The notes under the pieces are model-generated. The model worked only from the letters and a program-made list of their open reading frames with translations. It made no database searches and was not told the DNA's origin. From Epiperipatus broadwayi (lineage: Eukaryota; Animalia; Onychophora), in contig JAQFVV010000005.1 in assembly GCA_028023455.1 (NCBI GenBank), forward strand, positions 496,001 through 560,000: a stretch of DNA of 64,000 nt. The letters run 5' to 3'. This document shows positions 1 through 12,600 of this stretch, one piece after another (within the stretch, counting starts at the first letter, position 1; every line of letters begins with the position of its first letter). Both the position numbers and the translations under genes were made by a program.

Positions 1-261
<261 letters not shown>

Positions 262-529
262 TGATCATGCATATAGTGAATGAACATAGATAGGCTGTTC
301 ACCAGCATGCATCAGCAAGCATGGTAATTTATCGGCTTTTACCTGAGTTTAAAACAAAAAAAACTGGTTTTTCTTTCTTTTCAATTGTCTGATAATTCTT
401 AATTGAGATGTCAGTTGAATTTTCTTGAAGACAGAATGAATGTAAGTGAATGAACTGTTTCTAAATAGACAATTATAATCATAACAAACAAAACTAAATT
501 ATAGTCCTTATTCCCAGAAGACTATAAAT

Positions 530-1584
530 AAGAGTACCAAACTCTCCATACAGTAGAGCCACCAAGCCTTCATAATCAATGGATGCAGGAATGTTTGTGC
601 ATAAATCCCTATCTAGTGCTTACTCCTTCAACATCCTCAGACTAGTTTCTAGCTTGTGATTTTTTATCAGTGAGTAGCCTTGGATTTGAGAGCACTGCAC
701 CTAGATCTTAGGATCTAATGAAACACTCCACCGGCCATCTTTTACCTATTTGGTTAACAATAAAGCTAGGAGACCAAGATAAAAACACCATAATGTTTCC
801 AACTCAAACTTATTCACTTGTATAGTCATCTGAACTCAGTTCAGATCTATATATTTTAGTGTTTTTAGTTTTTCAAAAACCACAGTCATCATTATCCTAT
901 GGGCAGGATCACATGATCACCATTTCATATGCTTACGTGCAGTTAGAGTACCAAGTTTTCCATACAGTAATGACACCAAGTTCAAGCCTTCATAATCAAT
1001 GGATACAGGAAGGCTTGTGCATAAAATCCCTATCGAGTGTCTATTTATCCAACATCCACAGACTAGTTTCTATATAGAGAGTTTGGTACTTTTATTAACA
1101 GCATGTGTACACACATGAAATGGTGATCATGTGATGGTTTGATAATTTTATACCTATCCTGCCCACAGGATAATGGTGATTGTAATTTTTGAAAAATCCA
1201 AAACACCAAAATGTATAGATGCTAAACTGAGTTCAGTTATATTTGACAATTAAGTGAATGAGCTTGTGTTGGAAACATTATGATGTTTTCATCTTGGGTT
1301 CCTATCTTTATAGTTAACAAAATAGGTAAAGATGGCTCCTGGATGGTTACATTAGATTCTGAGATCTAGGTGCAGTGCTCTCAAATTCAAGGCTCCTCAC
1401 TGATGAAAGCCACAAATTAGAAACTACTCTGGGAATGTTGGATGAGTAGCACTAGATAGGGATTTTATGCACAGCCCTTATTGCATCCATTGATTACAAA
1501 GGCTTGCACTTGGTGACACTATTATATAGATTGTTTGATACTCTTATTAACAGCATGTGTAAGAATATGAAATGATGATCATGT
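530..1584. mobile_element. HHR family A element: tandem + inverted (retrozyme-like) insertion
   Basis: Left part is antisense with period ~421 bp (GACTAGTTTCTA at 640 and 1061). Right part is sense with period ~452 bp (TATAGA at 1073 and 1525). Degenerate HHR motifs at 635-674 (-, CTGATAA) and 1395-1434 (+, GAAACTACTC). Flanked by GAAGACTATAAAT (517-529) and GAAGATATAAAT (1585-1596), a TSD-like pair with a 1-nt indel. Confidence 0.85.
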
Positions 1585-1749
1585 GAAGATATAAATATTC
1601 AGCCAGAGGCAGAGGATGCTAAGATTTCTCTAATTGTGAGTGCAGACTGTTATTCAATGATGATGTTTTATTTAGATATCTACAAGCACAAATCACTTTC
1701 AGGTAAAGAAAAATTGCACAGATTTGAAGATCTGACTATTATTAAATGA

Positions 1750-2949
1750 GCCATTGCTGTACATTATGAAGTTAGAAGAAAACAAAAAGGCAATTGATTT
1801 AAAAAGTGGATATTTACTTTACTACAAAAGCAAAAATATTAGTAGCACAAGTTAATTGGGATTCATTATAAGTAAAAAGAGGGAAAATAACATTGTGGTA
1901 ATTGATGGTATACCAGTCAGAGTGGCAAGACCATAGTTATTTAAAATAATAGAAGATATCAAATGTAAATAATTCAGGTTTATATGCGTCAACAATTTTC
2001 CATTGTGATTAAGCAGTAGGGAATATTTTAATGGATGTACAAAATGGTTTTAATCAGACTAAACAATATTCTAAAATTGTCATAGATGACTTTAATGCTA
2101 GAATTGGTAAATGATTAAAAGATGGAAGTGCTATGAGTAAATTGGGTTATAGTGTTAGAAGTAAGAGAGCAGATTTGTGGAATTTGCTAAATAGAAATAG
2201 ATATAGAAACATCCAAGAGAACATACAGTAGAATTGGATTATATCTTGATTACAGAAAATATATATTTTAATACTGTAATATTCTTAATAGATTTAACAC
2301 TGGAAGTAATTATCAATTAGTGAGATGTTATATATTAATACAAAACTAGAAAGACAAAAATTATTAATGAAAACAGTATTAACAATTGATATCCCTAACC
2401 TTCAGATTTCGAAAATGGCTTAGACATGAATGAAATCATTAAGAAGAGAACTAATATATTAATAAAATTTGCGATAAGTAGAATTAATACAAAAAAAGCA
2501 GCATTTTTTCAATAAATCTACTGAGACAAGATAATATATGAAGAATATGAAATTTTTTAAAACGAATTCATTAAGAAGAAATGAATATATAAAGTTTTGT
2601 AAAATAGTACTAAAAGAGTTAATAATGATATAAAAATATATAATTGTGAATTGGCATAAACTTTTCAGAAGTTTAAAACAACATCTTGGTATTGGAAGGA
2701 AAATTATTAGTAATAAGAAGAACTAATAGTAAAAAAATGACATCATAAAGTATGTGGAAGAGTTCTATAAAGAATTATATAATAATAAAGAATTAAAAAA
2801 ATCTACAGTTGTTCCTTCTGAGTTATCCACCAATTCAAATGGAGATATGAAATTAAATCTACAAAGAAGTGAAAACCTCAGGAAATGACAGAATTATAAT
2901 TGATATTGTAAAAGAACCAGGTGAAGAAATAAAAAAATTATTGGCAAAG
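1750..2949 (+). mobile_element. RTE-clade LINE remnant, 5' part (AP endonuclease to start of RT)
   Basis: Degraded reading includes KIVIDDFNARIG (APE GDFNA motif, ~2070-2108) and KTSGNDRIIIDIVKEPGEEIKKLLAK (pre-RT) ending at 2949. Many stops and frameshifts. Confidence 0.75.
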
Positions 2950-3224
2950 TAAAAGTATTTTTTAATTACAGCGTTTTTTTTTTTTTTGCTTTTACATTCA
3001 ACATGTAAATTATTTATCAGAAAAAAAAACACACTTGACTTCATTTAAAAGATACTTTTGTTTGCAAGCGAAATAAATTCTACACATTCACATTTTTCTT
3101 CTGATAATATTAAAAAATGAGATCGTAATCCAAATAAAAAGCTTATTACATTATCAATTCTAGAAAGCTATTTTCGATAGTCGAATGGTAAATAATCGAC
3201 GCTCATTGGTGGCACTTCCTTCGA

Positions 3225-3490
3225 AAAAGAATAAATATGAAAAAGTGATTATACAGAAAATGGATTATTGTTTTTTATGCTGGGTTTAGGAGACGATAAG
3301 GGGGATTTAGATATAAAGGCCATAGAGTTAACAAAGATTATGTTGTGGAATTGGGATGGAGCAGAATATGGGAAAACTTAGACTGGGGAATGGAAAATAA
3401 AGTGGCTAACAGGTTTCTCTGGGCGTAATTGTTGAGAGATTCTTGACTTCATTTAAGGAGAAGCTACAGTACATCATATCACAGCACATC
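3225..3490 (+). mobile_element. 3' fragment of non-LTR retrotransposon (same family as 21290-22475 and 26910-27420)
   Basis: High similarity to the 3' ends of the other two copies (AAAGTGATTATACAGAAA...GGAGAAGCTACAGTACATCATATCAC) with CACATC-type tail. Confidence 0.8.
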
Positions 3491-3520
3491 TCGTGGCATT
3501 CTGACTAAGAGATTCCCAAA

Positions 3521-5381
3521 ATGTCCCACAAAAGACAAAAACGTGATATTCGCTCTTTTCAAGACTCTTGGACAAATGAATATGGATTTGTGCAGCAAAA
3601 AGATCGTGCTGTGTGTACATTATGCTGTGAAAGTATTGTGTGTCATACATCAAGTGTACAAAGACATTATCAAACTAAACATGTATTCATGTTTAAAAAC
3701 TCAGATGAGAAAAGTGATGCTATAAAAAGAGCTGTTTCTGCCTTTAAGAAACAAACTACTTATTTTAGTCATATAATTGGAACCCAAAATAAAGCCACGG
3801 AATGTAGTTACACAATTGCTCATTGTGTGGCTTCCAAAGGCAAACCTTTCACAGATGGACAATTCATCAAAGAAACGTTTTTGAAAAGTGCTGAAATTTT
3901 ATTCAGTCATCTACCAAATAAATAAACAATACTGTCTCAAATTTGAAAAATACCAGCTTCTGCAAGATCAATTCAAAGAAGAAGAACTGACATGGCTGAA
4001 GTCGTAACAACAAAGCAGAAAAACAGTTTACAAGAAGCTGTTGCATTCAGTGTTGCTGTTGATGAAAGCACTGATATAAATGATGTGGCACGCCTAGCAA
4101 TAGTTGCATGATATTGTGACAACAATCATATTTATGAAGAATTGTGTTGCTTGATTCCTCTTACTGGTACAACAAAGGGACATGATATTTTCACAACATT
4201 TTTCAATTATTTTGAAAATCAGAAATTTGACAAATAAAATATTTAGTGTTACTACTGATGCCAGCCATGCAATGGTCAGAAAGGAAAAGGGATTTGTTAA
4301 ACTTCTTAAAAATCATATTAAATATCGAATATTGAGTTTCCACTGCATTATACACCAGGAAAATTTGGTTGCAAAAATCTCATCACAATACTTGAATTCT
4401 GTAATGGACACTGTTATTAAAATAATTAATTTCATAGTTTCTCATTCTTCATTAACACACAGGCAAATTAAATCCCTTTTGCAAGAAGTGAATATTGCAT
4501 ATATAGATCTCCCTCTATACACCAATGTTTCATTGGATTAGACGAAGTAATGTCTTGAACAGGTTTGTATCATGTCTGAAAGAAATAAAGATGTTTCTTG
4601 GTGAAAAAGAAAAACATTATCCAGAAATAAATGATGAAGACTGGTTATGCAAATTGATGTTTCTGACTGATATAATTCAACACCTGAATGAGTTAAACTT
4701 GCATTTGCAAGGGAAGGGTCAAACAGTACTAGAACTTTTTGAATATTGGAAAGGATTTGCATTAAAATTAGACATATTTTACCATGATGTTACCACTAAT
4801 ACCTACAAGTACTTCACAAATGTAAAGACCCATGCAAATCAATTTAATGTTAACAAAATAAACTTCAAAAATACATTGAAGCTCTCAGAGAAGAATTTTC
4901 CAAACGATGTGAAGACTTCCAAATACACACACCCATATTTTCTTTCTTCATCAGACCTGACTTAATTGATTTAAAGATGACTCCATTTGATTTATCTCTT
5001 TTTGAGTGGATGGATATTGATAGTTTTGAAATGGAATTAATTGAATTAATGTCATCAGAAATGTGGAAAACTAAATTTGTAGAATTACAAAAAACTCTTG
5101 AAGGGAACTGTCTAGAAAAGTCAGCTGTCATTCTCAATTGTTGGATATCATTACCTGAAAGATTTAATTCTTTCAAAAAAACTGCTTGTGCTCTGCTTTC
5201 GGCATTTGGTTCAACTTACTTATGTGAACAAATTTTCTCACATATGAAAAATATTTTGAGTTCACAAAGAAATTGCCTAACACCTGAACATTCAGAAGCA
5301 TGTGTGAAGCTAAAAGTGTCCAATTACATACCTGACATTGAGCAATTGAGCAAAGAGGTACAAGGGCAAGGTTCACATTAA
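3521..5381 (+). pseudogene. hAT (Charlie/Buster, GTF2IRD2/EPM2AIP1-like) transposase, disrupted
   Basis: N-terminal zinc-binding motif (CTLC...RHYQTKH), catalytic AVDESTD region ~4055-4080, FHCIIHQE motif, and C-terminal dimerisation motif SAFGSTYLCEQIFSHMK. Split by stops and frameshifts over ORFs 3521-3925, 4182-4541, 4525-4965 and 4977-5381. Confidence 0.93.
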
Positions 5382-5754
5382 TTTATTTTAATAATAAAAA
5401 ATGGCTAATCATATTAGAATTCATAATATTTTTTTCTTATTTAAATTGTATATTTTGTATAGGTAAAAAATTGTAATTTATAATTTGTAATATATATTTT
5501 TAATAAGCACGTTAAAAATTAAAAATTAAAAAAAAGGTACTTTTCACATGATTCTAAGTATTTTAAAATACTGAATGACCAATAATATAAGATCCAGTTA
5601 TAATGGACTTCAAAAGTATATATTATATACTATAATATTATATATAACTTTGAAGCCCATTATAACTGAACCAATTTTGATAATATAATAAGACTGGTAA
5701 AATCATGTCGGCACGTGGAATAACATTGTAACATAGGTTCAGCACCACGCTACT

Positions 5755-5773
5755 AAAAGGTTGCTGACCCCTG
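5755..5773 (-). repeat. hAT-Charlie right terminal inverted repeat
   Basis: AAAAGGTTGCTGACCCCTG is the reverse complement of CAGGGGTCAGCAACCTTTT, a Charlie-type terminus. No matching left TIR found upstream. Confidence 0.8.
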
Positions 5774-6960
5774 TTATATACTAAAATATCTAAATGATAA
5801 AGATGAACCAGATGATTGGAAAAATGCAGTATTAATATTAATATTTAAGGAAATTGATAAAGAAGGAATGGGTTTAAAAATAATTTTAGCACCATAGATT
5901 ACCTCTAATAGAAAAGTCCAATGGTTAGAAGTTGCTATTATGGTTTGGGTTTGTGGACTATGGAAAGACATATCATTTGATGAATATTTCCTTGGTGATT
6001 AAAACTTTGAATTATCACTATATGGATGTGAGATATGGTCATATTTTGAAGAATATTTATCAAACTGCAGCAGCAGTGATTAGATTTTATAATGATCCTA
6101 AAAAGGTTAACAGTGAAAAGAGTGTGCAACAGTGATTCCATATCTCTAAAAAATTTTACATCCATTTTACAAGAAGTATTTTGTGGACTAAAATGGAAAA
6201 CTAAAGAAGTAAAAATAAATGTAGATTATTTAAATTATTTAGATTTTACAAATAATATGGATTGATTATAAATGAATGCTAAAAAGACTAAAATAAGTTC
6301 AATAGATTTTCTCTGAAGAAAAAACTAAAGGCTGATAATCATCAGTTGAAAGAAGTTAACAACTGAAAATACCTTGATTAAACAATATAGATGGAAATGA
6401 TGGGTTAAAGTGATCACAGATTTAAATTTGAATAGAATGATTTTGGTAGTAATAACGTAGTCCTTTAAAGACAATATGCATTTGAAAGGGAAAGTTTTTA
6501 ATAGATGTTTTATCACTTTTTACTTATCAATCAAATTTGGACATTTAGTAGAAAAGCAATACAGAGATGTAGGATTGCTTGGTGAAGTTTAAAAAGATTG
6601 ATACAGATCACTCAATGAAGTGTGGAGAAAAGTATATTAAGAGTAATAAAAAATGATCAAAAAGGAATAACAAGAAATAATCAAAAATGAAATATGTGGA
6701 TGAGAGAAAAAAAAAGCATACTGATATCATTGAAAAGTATTAAGAAACTGAAATTAAACTAGGCTGAACATATTGTTAGAAGAGATGATAACAGATGGAT
6801 AGTTTAAATTTTAAACTGTATCCTAAGAGATTTAAAAGACTTAGAAAGAGACTGGTTGTGATATAGTTGGATAAAATAAAGTTTAATGGTGTGATGTAGA
6901 GAAAAAATGCTATTGGATAAATTAAATTTAGATATGCTTTCATCCTACAGTGGATTCATA
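5774..6960 (+). mobile_element. RTE-clade LINE remnant, 3' part (RT and C-terminus)
   Basis: Resumes the reading broken at 2949 (LAK|LYT..LNDKDEPDDWKNAVLILIFK). Contains ISKNFTSILQEVF-like and LNYLRF-like RT blocks and the RTE C-terminal HIVRRDDNRW motif. Confidence 0.8.
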
Positions 6961-9900
6961 ATGAGTGAAAATGATGTCATAGTTTGTTAGGTATTCTTTA
7001 TTAACCAAAGCACAACATATGTTTTGCCTTCCAGAAAAAGCATAAAAGAAAGATGAATGCATAAATCATAAGTTTTCTTTGGATGTTTGTGATGATCATG
7101 AGTAAGTGCAAGCAGTAAAATTTATCAGAGAGATTTCATATTGATAAAAATATATATTAATTTATAAGATGAATAAATATTATAAGTGTACTTCAATTCA
7201 TGTAATGATTTTATTATGAAAGGCATTAACAGAAAGAGCTTTCAAAACATATTCAGAACAAATATCAACCAATGAGAAAGTTAAGCAGAGAGATCATGAA
7301 TTGCCAAAATATTTATTGTAAACATTGTTTTGTTGCATTGTAAAATTTAATGAATTGTAATGACTATGTATTTTTGACTCTCAATAATGAGACTCATTTA
7401 GGATAATCTACACTGCTTTGATGCTGATGATTGTTTGATTCTTGGAATTGATGATTAGAATTAGAGAGCCCTATATCATAATGATTAATATAATCTATCT
7501 GCCTCTTCAGGGACTTGAGTGTTAATTATTAAATACATAAGTTAGGATAGTGAAATAATCTATGAAATCTTGGTGTATAATAAATTATATAACTCCTATC
7601 TTCTGAATAGTAATCCATGATTATACAAGTCTGGTTGCAAGGAAAATTCATTTTTCAGTTGCACCAAACCCTTAAACATCTTTTATTAAGCATATATATA
7701 TATATATCCATTCTATAATTGTACTGAAATGTCATCTATTTAACTATTATATTTTTATTACACAGAAGCTCCTGGAAATAATAATATGAATTCATTTATC
7801 CCTGAGAATATTAGAATTGACATTATTAATCTTTGTGGGAAAGATTTTTTTACAGTATGGAGTATTTTGATAAAATGTGAGTGAAGAAAGAAGAACCTGT
7901 TTGTAAGAATAAGATCTGAAGAAAGTGTTTGTTATTGTATTGAAACATCAACTATTTAGCTATTATATTTTATTACATGGGAACTCCCAGAAATAATACT
8001 ATGAATATTAGAATTGAGACACACACACATTATATATATATATGTATGTAATAAATTAAGTTTGATGTCTGTATTCTTTCCAAAATATATGTAATATTCA
8101 AATCAATATATATATCAAAATATAGTAATATTCCCATAAATTATAGTTATTTTTAGAAGTACTTTCGACAATACATCTTGTAGTCTTTATCAATTATATA
8201 GCATTGAATAATCAAAACAAGACATCCCTTCACAATACCCATAGTTCAATTTAGTTTAGTTCTCCTACAATTAGGTTATTTTAACATTTGATGATTGCCG
8301 ATTCATTAACATTTGATCAACATAGCCTCTTTATATTATAATCCAAAGTTCAGATCACAATCAGGTAGGACCAAAAGATGACGGGTTGGAATGAGTGCAT
8401 TTTATGTGGAGTGTGTTTGATATTGGTTGAACCCTTATGAAAAGTGAATTAAAATAAACACGTTTATTTTCTACATAAAATAAATAATAATAATTATTCC
8501 AGAATTTAATAACACATTAAATTTATTCTTATAGAAATATGATATAATCTTGACGTATTCTCAATTACATATATTCTGTTGCAATATATAGTATGTAAAA
8601 AACATAATACGTCCTTTTAAATAAGGCTAGGAAATTAACTCTCTCTCTCAGTCTTAAATTAAATATGTTCAATTAATTAATTCTCTCAGGGTTCTTAACT
8701 AAATCAACCTTAATCTTTCAATAAAAAAATGTATAGATTTAAAGTTTATTAAGTTATTCTAGATGTGACGAATGTAAAAGGGATTTTATTGTACGTCAGC
8801 CTACTAATTTATAATTTTAGATAGCAATTGTAATAATAAATGGTGTAGATAAATTTAATAAATGAATATATAAGTTGGAAGTATGACCTTTTATTTCAAC
8901 AATATGTAAAGACGGATGATTTCAGTAATGGCAAACAGATGTATTTAAATATAACAATTGCTTTATTATAAATAACAAGTATATGAATAAAATAAAATTG
9001 TAAGCGAGTAATAAACGTACTGTAATAAAAATTTTATAACAATATTAATAAATATTATTATTTGTTCTCTGTGAATAAGCTAATTTTGGGTTATGATTAT
9101 ATGTGATATTCTAAAGTGTTGCAAAGTCACGGCACTTCATTGGAGAGGGTTGAACAATATTAAGTCAAAACCTAATCTTACAGGAGGATAAGAATGTCTT
9201 ATAATGTCCTTAATTATCTTTGTAACAGTAAATAATAGATTAACAACATAATTCTATAAGAACTTTTGAAGCAAGAAAAATGATTTACTTAGTACTCCTA
9301 AATGCTATATAAAACACATAGCTTCATTCATTATGATATTCATATCTTTTATTAGAATGACTTGCTGTGCCTGTTATATCATTTAAAGCGTAAATAATTA
9401 GTTAGAACTATACTTCAAATAATAAATATGCTTAATTTTATTGATATTAGAAGATTGCTTTATTGTATAGTATAGCATTTCAAATTATACAAATATTATA
9501 GACATTATACAGATAAAAATTCCTTAATGATTTAGTTATCTACCCAGGAAGTTTAGCTACCTATTAATCTGAGGCAGAATTCAAAGATTAATAAAACATA
9601 AAGTAGGTTAAACATGAATAGGTTTACAGATGTTTATAAATTAGTTTAACGAAATGCAACCTGTCTCCAATACAAAATGTAAATTATATATACACTCATA
9701 CCCAATGTCATTAATTATAATATAAGATTGTTACCTGTACCTTCATATATCAGCATTATCTTGAGAACATTATTATTTATTTATTAATACACTAATAATA
9801 ACTATAAACTAAATAATTCACCAATTATAAAGAAAGTTTATTGAGTAATTCGTCAATACATAATCCTACTTTCATGAACTGTTTAAAATATCCTGTGGAG

Positions 9901-10959
9901 AGTATTTTCACTTTTGCAGGGTTTCCAACATTTACAATGTATTGGCAATAACTTAATATAAGCACTAAACATTAAATTAGAATCACAAGGTAATCTATTT
10001 CATAGATTTAAATCAGTCATAACACTTAATATAACGATTTTCAGTGATTTATAAAAGCATATTTAATAATCCTTATTCCCAATTGCATAATTAATCCATT
10101 TAAGAATGTCTGCTTAGCAGTTTAATGTTTATAACACTTTCAGAATATGGCATTCATAATCATAAATCCATTATTATAGGACTGATGTTGAATTATAGTT
10201 TTATGAAAATCAAGCAGTTTAATCCTTTAGAAAACATTTGTAGACTAATATCCATATGGTTGGTGTTTATCACCTAGTCCGTTGGTTTCAACATATTTAA
10301 TTTGTTGATCTTCATTAAGAATTAATCAGTTTCTTCAAAGCTGCAAATTTATATGTTTATTTAGATTCGTATTATAAAAAATTTTAACTTTCATGAATCC
10401 ATAGGGAGGTAATCAATATAGTTTCCAAACAAGTTATTTCATTTTTTTCAAGAAAAGACAAATGATTCCATTGATGTTACAATGAGTATCCCATAAGCAA
10501 TTTTTCAAAATTTAATTAATAGTTGAAGACAGGAATTTTAAAAAAAATAGTATTTGGTGATAATCCTTATTGTTGTTGTAATTTATCCATTTAGCTCAAG
10601 GAGAAGATACATTTTGCCAGCAATGCAAAATGCCCGGAGTGAATGTGTCTTCTCTGCCATTATGGAGAAGATGAAAATTTAATCCAATATGGTTTTGGAG
10701 GCACTATACTTTAATAAAGATTAATTGAACTTTTTCAAAAGATCATATTTATTGCCTCTGATTAGTTGGTATCTTAATTTATCACCATTACCCAAAACTT
10801 TTACTTCTAAGTTTTTACAGATAAAATTTGTCCTGTTGCTATGGTAATACAGAAGAGCAGATGAACATAAAAGTATAGGTTTATTCCAAGTGCTTAAATG
10901 TGAGATACTGATTAAAATAGGAAAAAAAACATATTAATATTATATCTTAATGTGAATTA

Positions 10960-11845
10960 CACCTGGGTCTCGTTTTGTGCGGGTTATTTTAATATGATTT
11001 TGAAGTTATGCGATTCATGTTTCTTTTTAATATCCTTTATATTTCACTATATTTATTAGATATCAAGAAATTTAAATTATTAATAACTTATTTTGACTTA
11101 GAAATACTTTTTTTTTTCAAAAATATAACATTATATTAGCAGCTAACGTGAATATAGTCTGAAGCTGTATTTAGAATTTTAGCTTCTATGTAAATAACCT
11201 ACTTATATTAATGAGTAAATAATAATAATATATTTATATGTACTTATAAAAATATTGCAATAAATATTCAAAAATTTTAAACTTTTAAAACGTATTTTGT
11301 TAGATATTAACAGAAATAATTTTTTTTTTAGATTTTTAAAATAAATAATAATGAAGATTTTATTGATTTTATAAACTGAAAATAATCTTTTTAATGATAA
11401 TGTATAATCTTTTTGTCTTGATTGCGATCTCATTTTTTAAATATAGAAACAGAAAACCATTAACACAGCACAAGACTGAAAGTGGCGCTAGTTGTACATC
11501 ACGTCACAAATCTGATTTCTTATCAGTTCACAAACAAACACATATTGTCAAATAGTGGTAATGATTAAAATATGTATGAAGAAATGTAAAATTAAATACT
11601 GTAGTTAATAAAAAAAAGTTTGTCTTGTATTAATTTTTTTCAAATATTTGAAATTTTTTATTAGTCATACTTTATTTCCTTAATTTTTTAATGCAAATTT
11701 TAAAGTAATTTTTCTTTGTTGCTTTGCTTTTATGCTGATTTCTGAAAATTACAGAACCTATCCTCCATTTTTCAAGGTAAGTTAAGTTTATTTTTGTGCA
11801 AGTTTTCTGAGGAACCTATCTACCACATAAAATGAGACCCAGGTA
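10960..11845. mobile_element. Tc1/mariner-pogo type MITE
   Basis: TIRs ACCTGGGTCTCGTTTTGTGCGG (10961-10982) and reverse complement of 11823-11844 match at 19/22. TA dinucleotides flank both ends (10958-59, 11846-47). No ORF. Confidence 0.7.
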
Positions 11846-12215
11846 TATTAAAAAAAAAAATCTACAATCATTTATTTGACAACTAAATAATTTATAATGT
11901 CCATTTAAAGTTCTCAGATATTTTATTTAAATAAATTCATTTAATAAATATCTTTTAACTGAATTGTAATATTGAATAAAAATTTAAGTTTTACATTTAC
12001 AAATTTTAAATTGACTAAATTTGAAACATTCAGAAATTGCATGCACACACACATGTACTTTTAAATTTTACTATTTTACTTTATTATTTTAACTAAATGT
12101 AATCTCAATTGTAATTATCATAACATGATAATTGGAGAACTGTTTCAAATATTGTTTTATTATGCTTAATTTAGTTTATCCTATTTTGTATATTTTCTAT
12201 AATATCAATTTTATG

Positions 12216-12600
12216 CTAATAAACATCACATGACCACCTCCTCTTATGCTTGTGTATAACTGTTGTTAAAACAGGCAAAACTCACTATATATATATATTA
12301 TACACACAGCAAGCTAGAGTAATCAATGGGTGCCAGAAGGCTTGTGCATAAAATCCCCATCTAGTGCCTACTCATCCACCATCCCCAGACTAGTTTCTTA
12401 GATCCTAAGATCTAGATGCAGTGCTCTCAGATGCAAGGTTCCTCACTGACGAAGGCCATAAGCCAGAAACTAGTCTGGGATGTTGGATGAGTAGGCACTA
12501 GATGGGAATTTTATGCACAAGCCTTCTGGCATCCATTGATTATTCTAGCTTGCTGTGTGTGGCAATATATATATATATAGTGAGTTTTGCCTGTTTTAAC
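12216..12600. mobile_element. HHR family A palindromic insertion
   Basis: Antisense left arm and sense right arm. Perfect 12-bp TSD ATCAATTTTATG at 12204-12215 and 12601-12612. Confidence 0.9.
12439..12481 (+). ncRNA. Type I minimal hammerhead ribozyme (family A)
   Basis: CCTCA-CTGACGA-A GGC cataa GCC A-GAAA-CTAG-TC^TGGGA. Intact core, 3-bp stem II, palindromic stem III ACTAGT, GUC triplet with predicted cleavage after 12475. Confidence 0.85.

Noticed and set aside
859-1077. ORFs 859-1077, 12511-12717 and 23990-24373 with mutually similar peptides (NQWMQEGLCIKSLSS...)
   Set aside because: The similarity comes from reading through family A HHR repeats; other copies have stops and frameshifts, so this is not a protein family.
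9800-10760. Possible decayed polymerase or zinc-finger retroelement (CLLCHYGEDENL-like reading ~10645-10690)
   Set aside because: Only short suggestive peptides in inconsistent frames; no diagnostic motif could be confirmed by eye.
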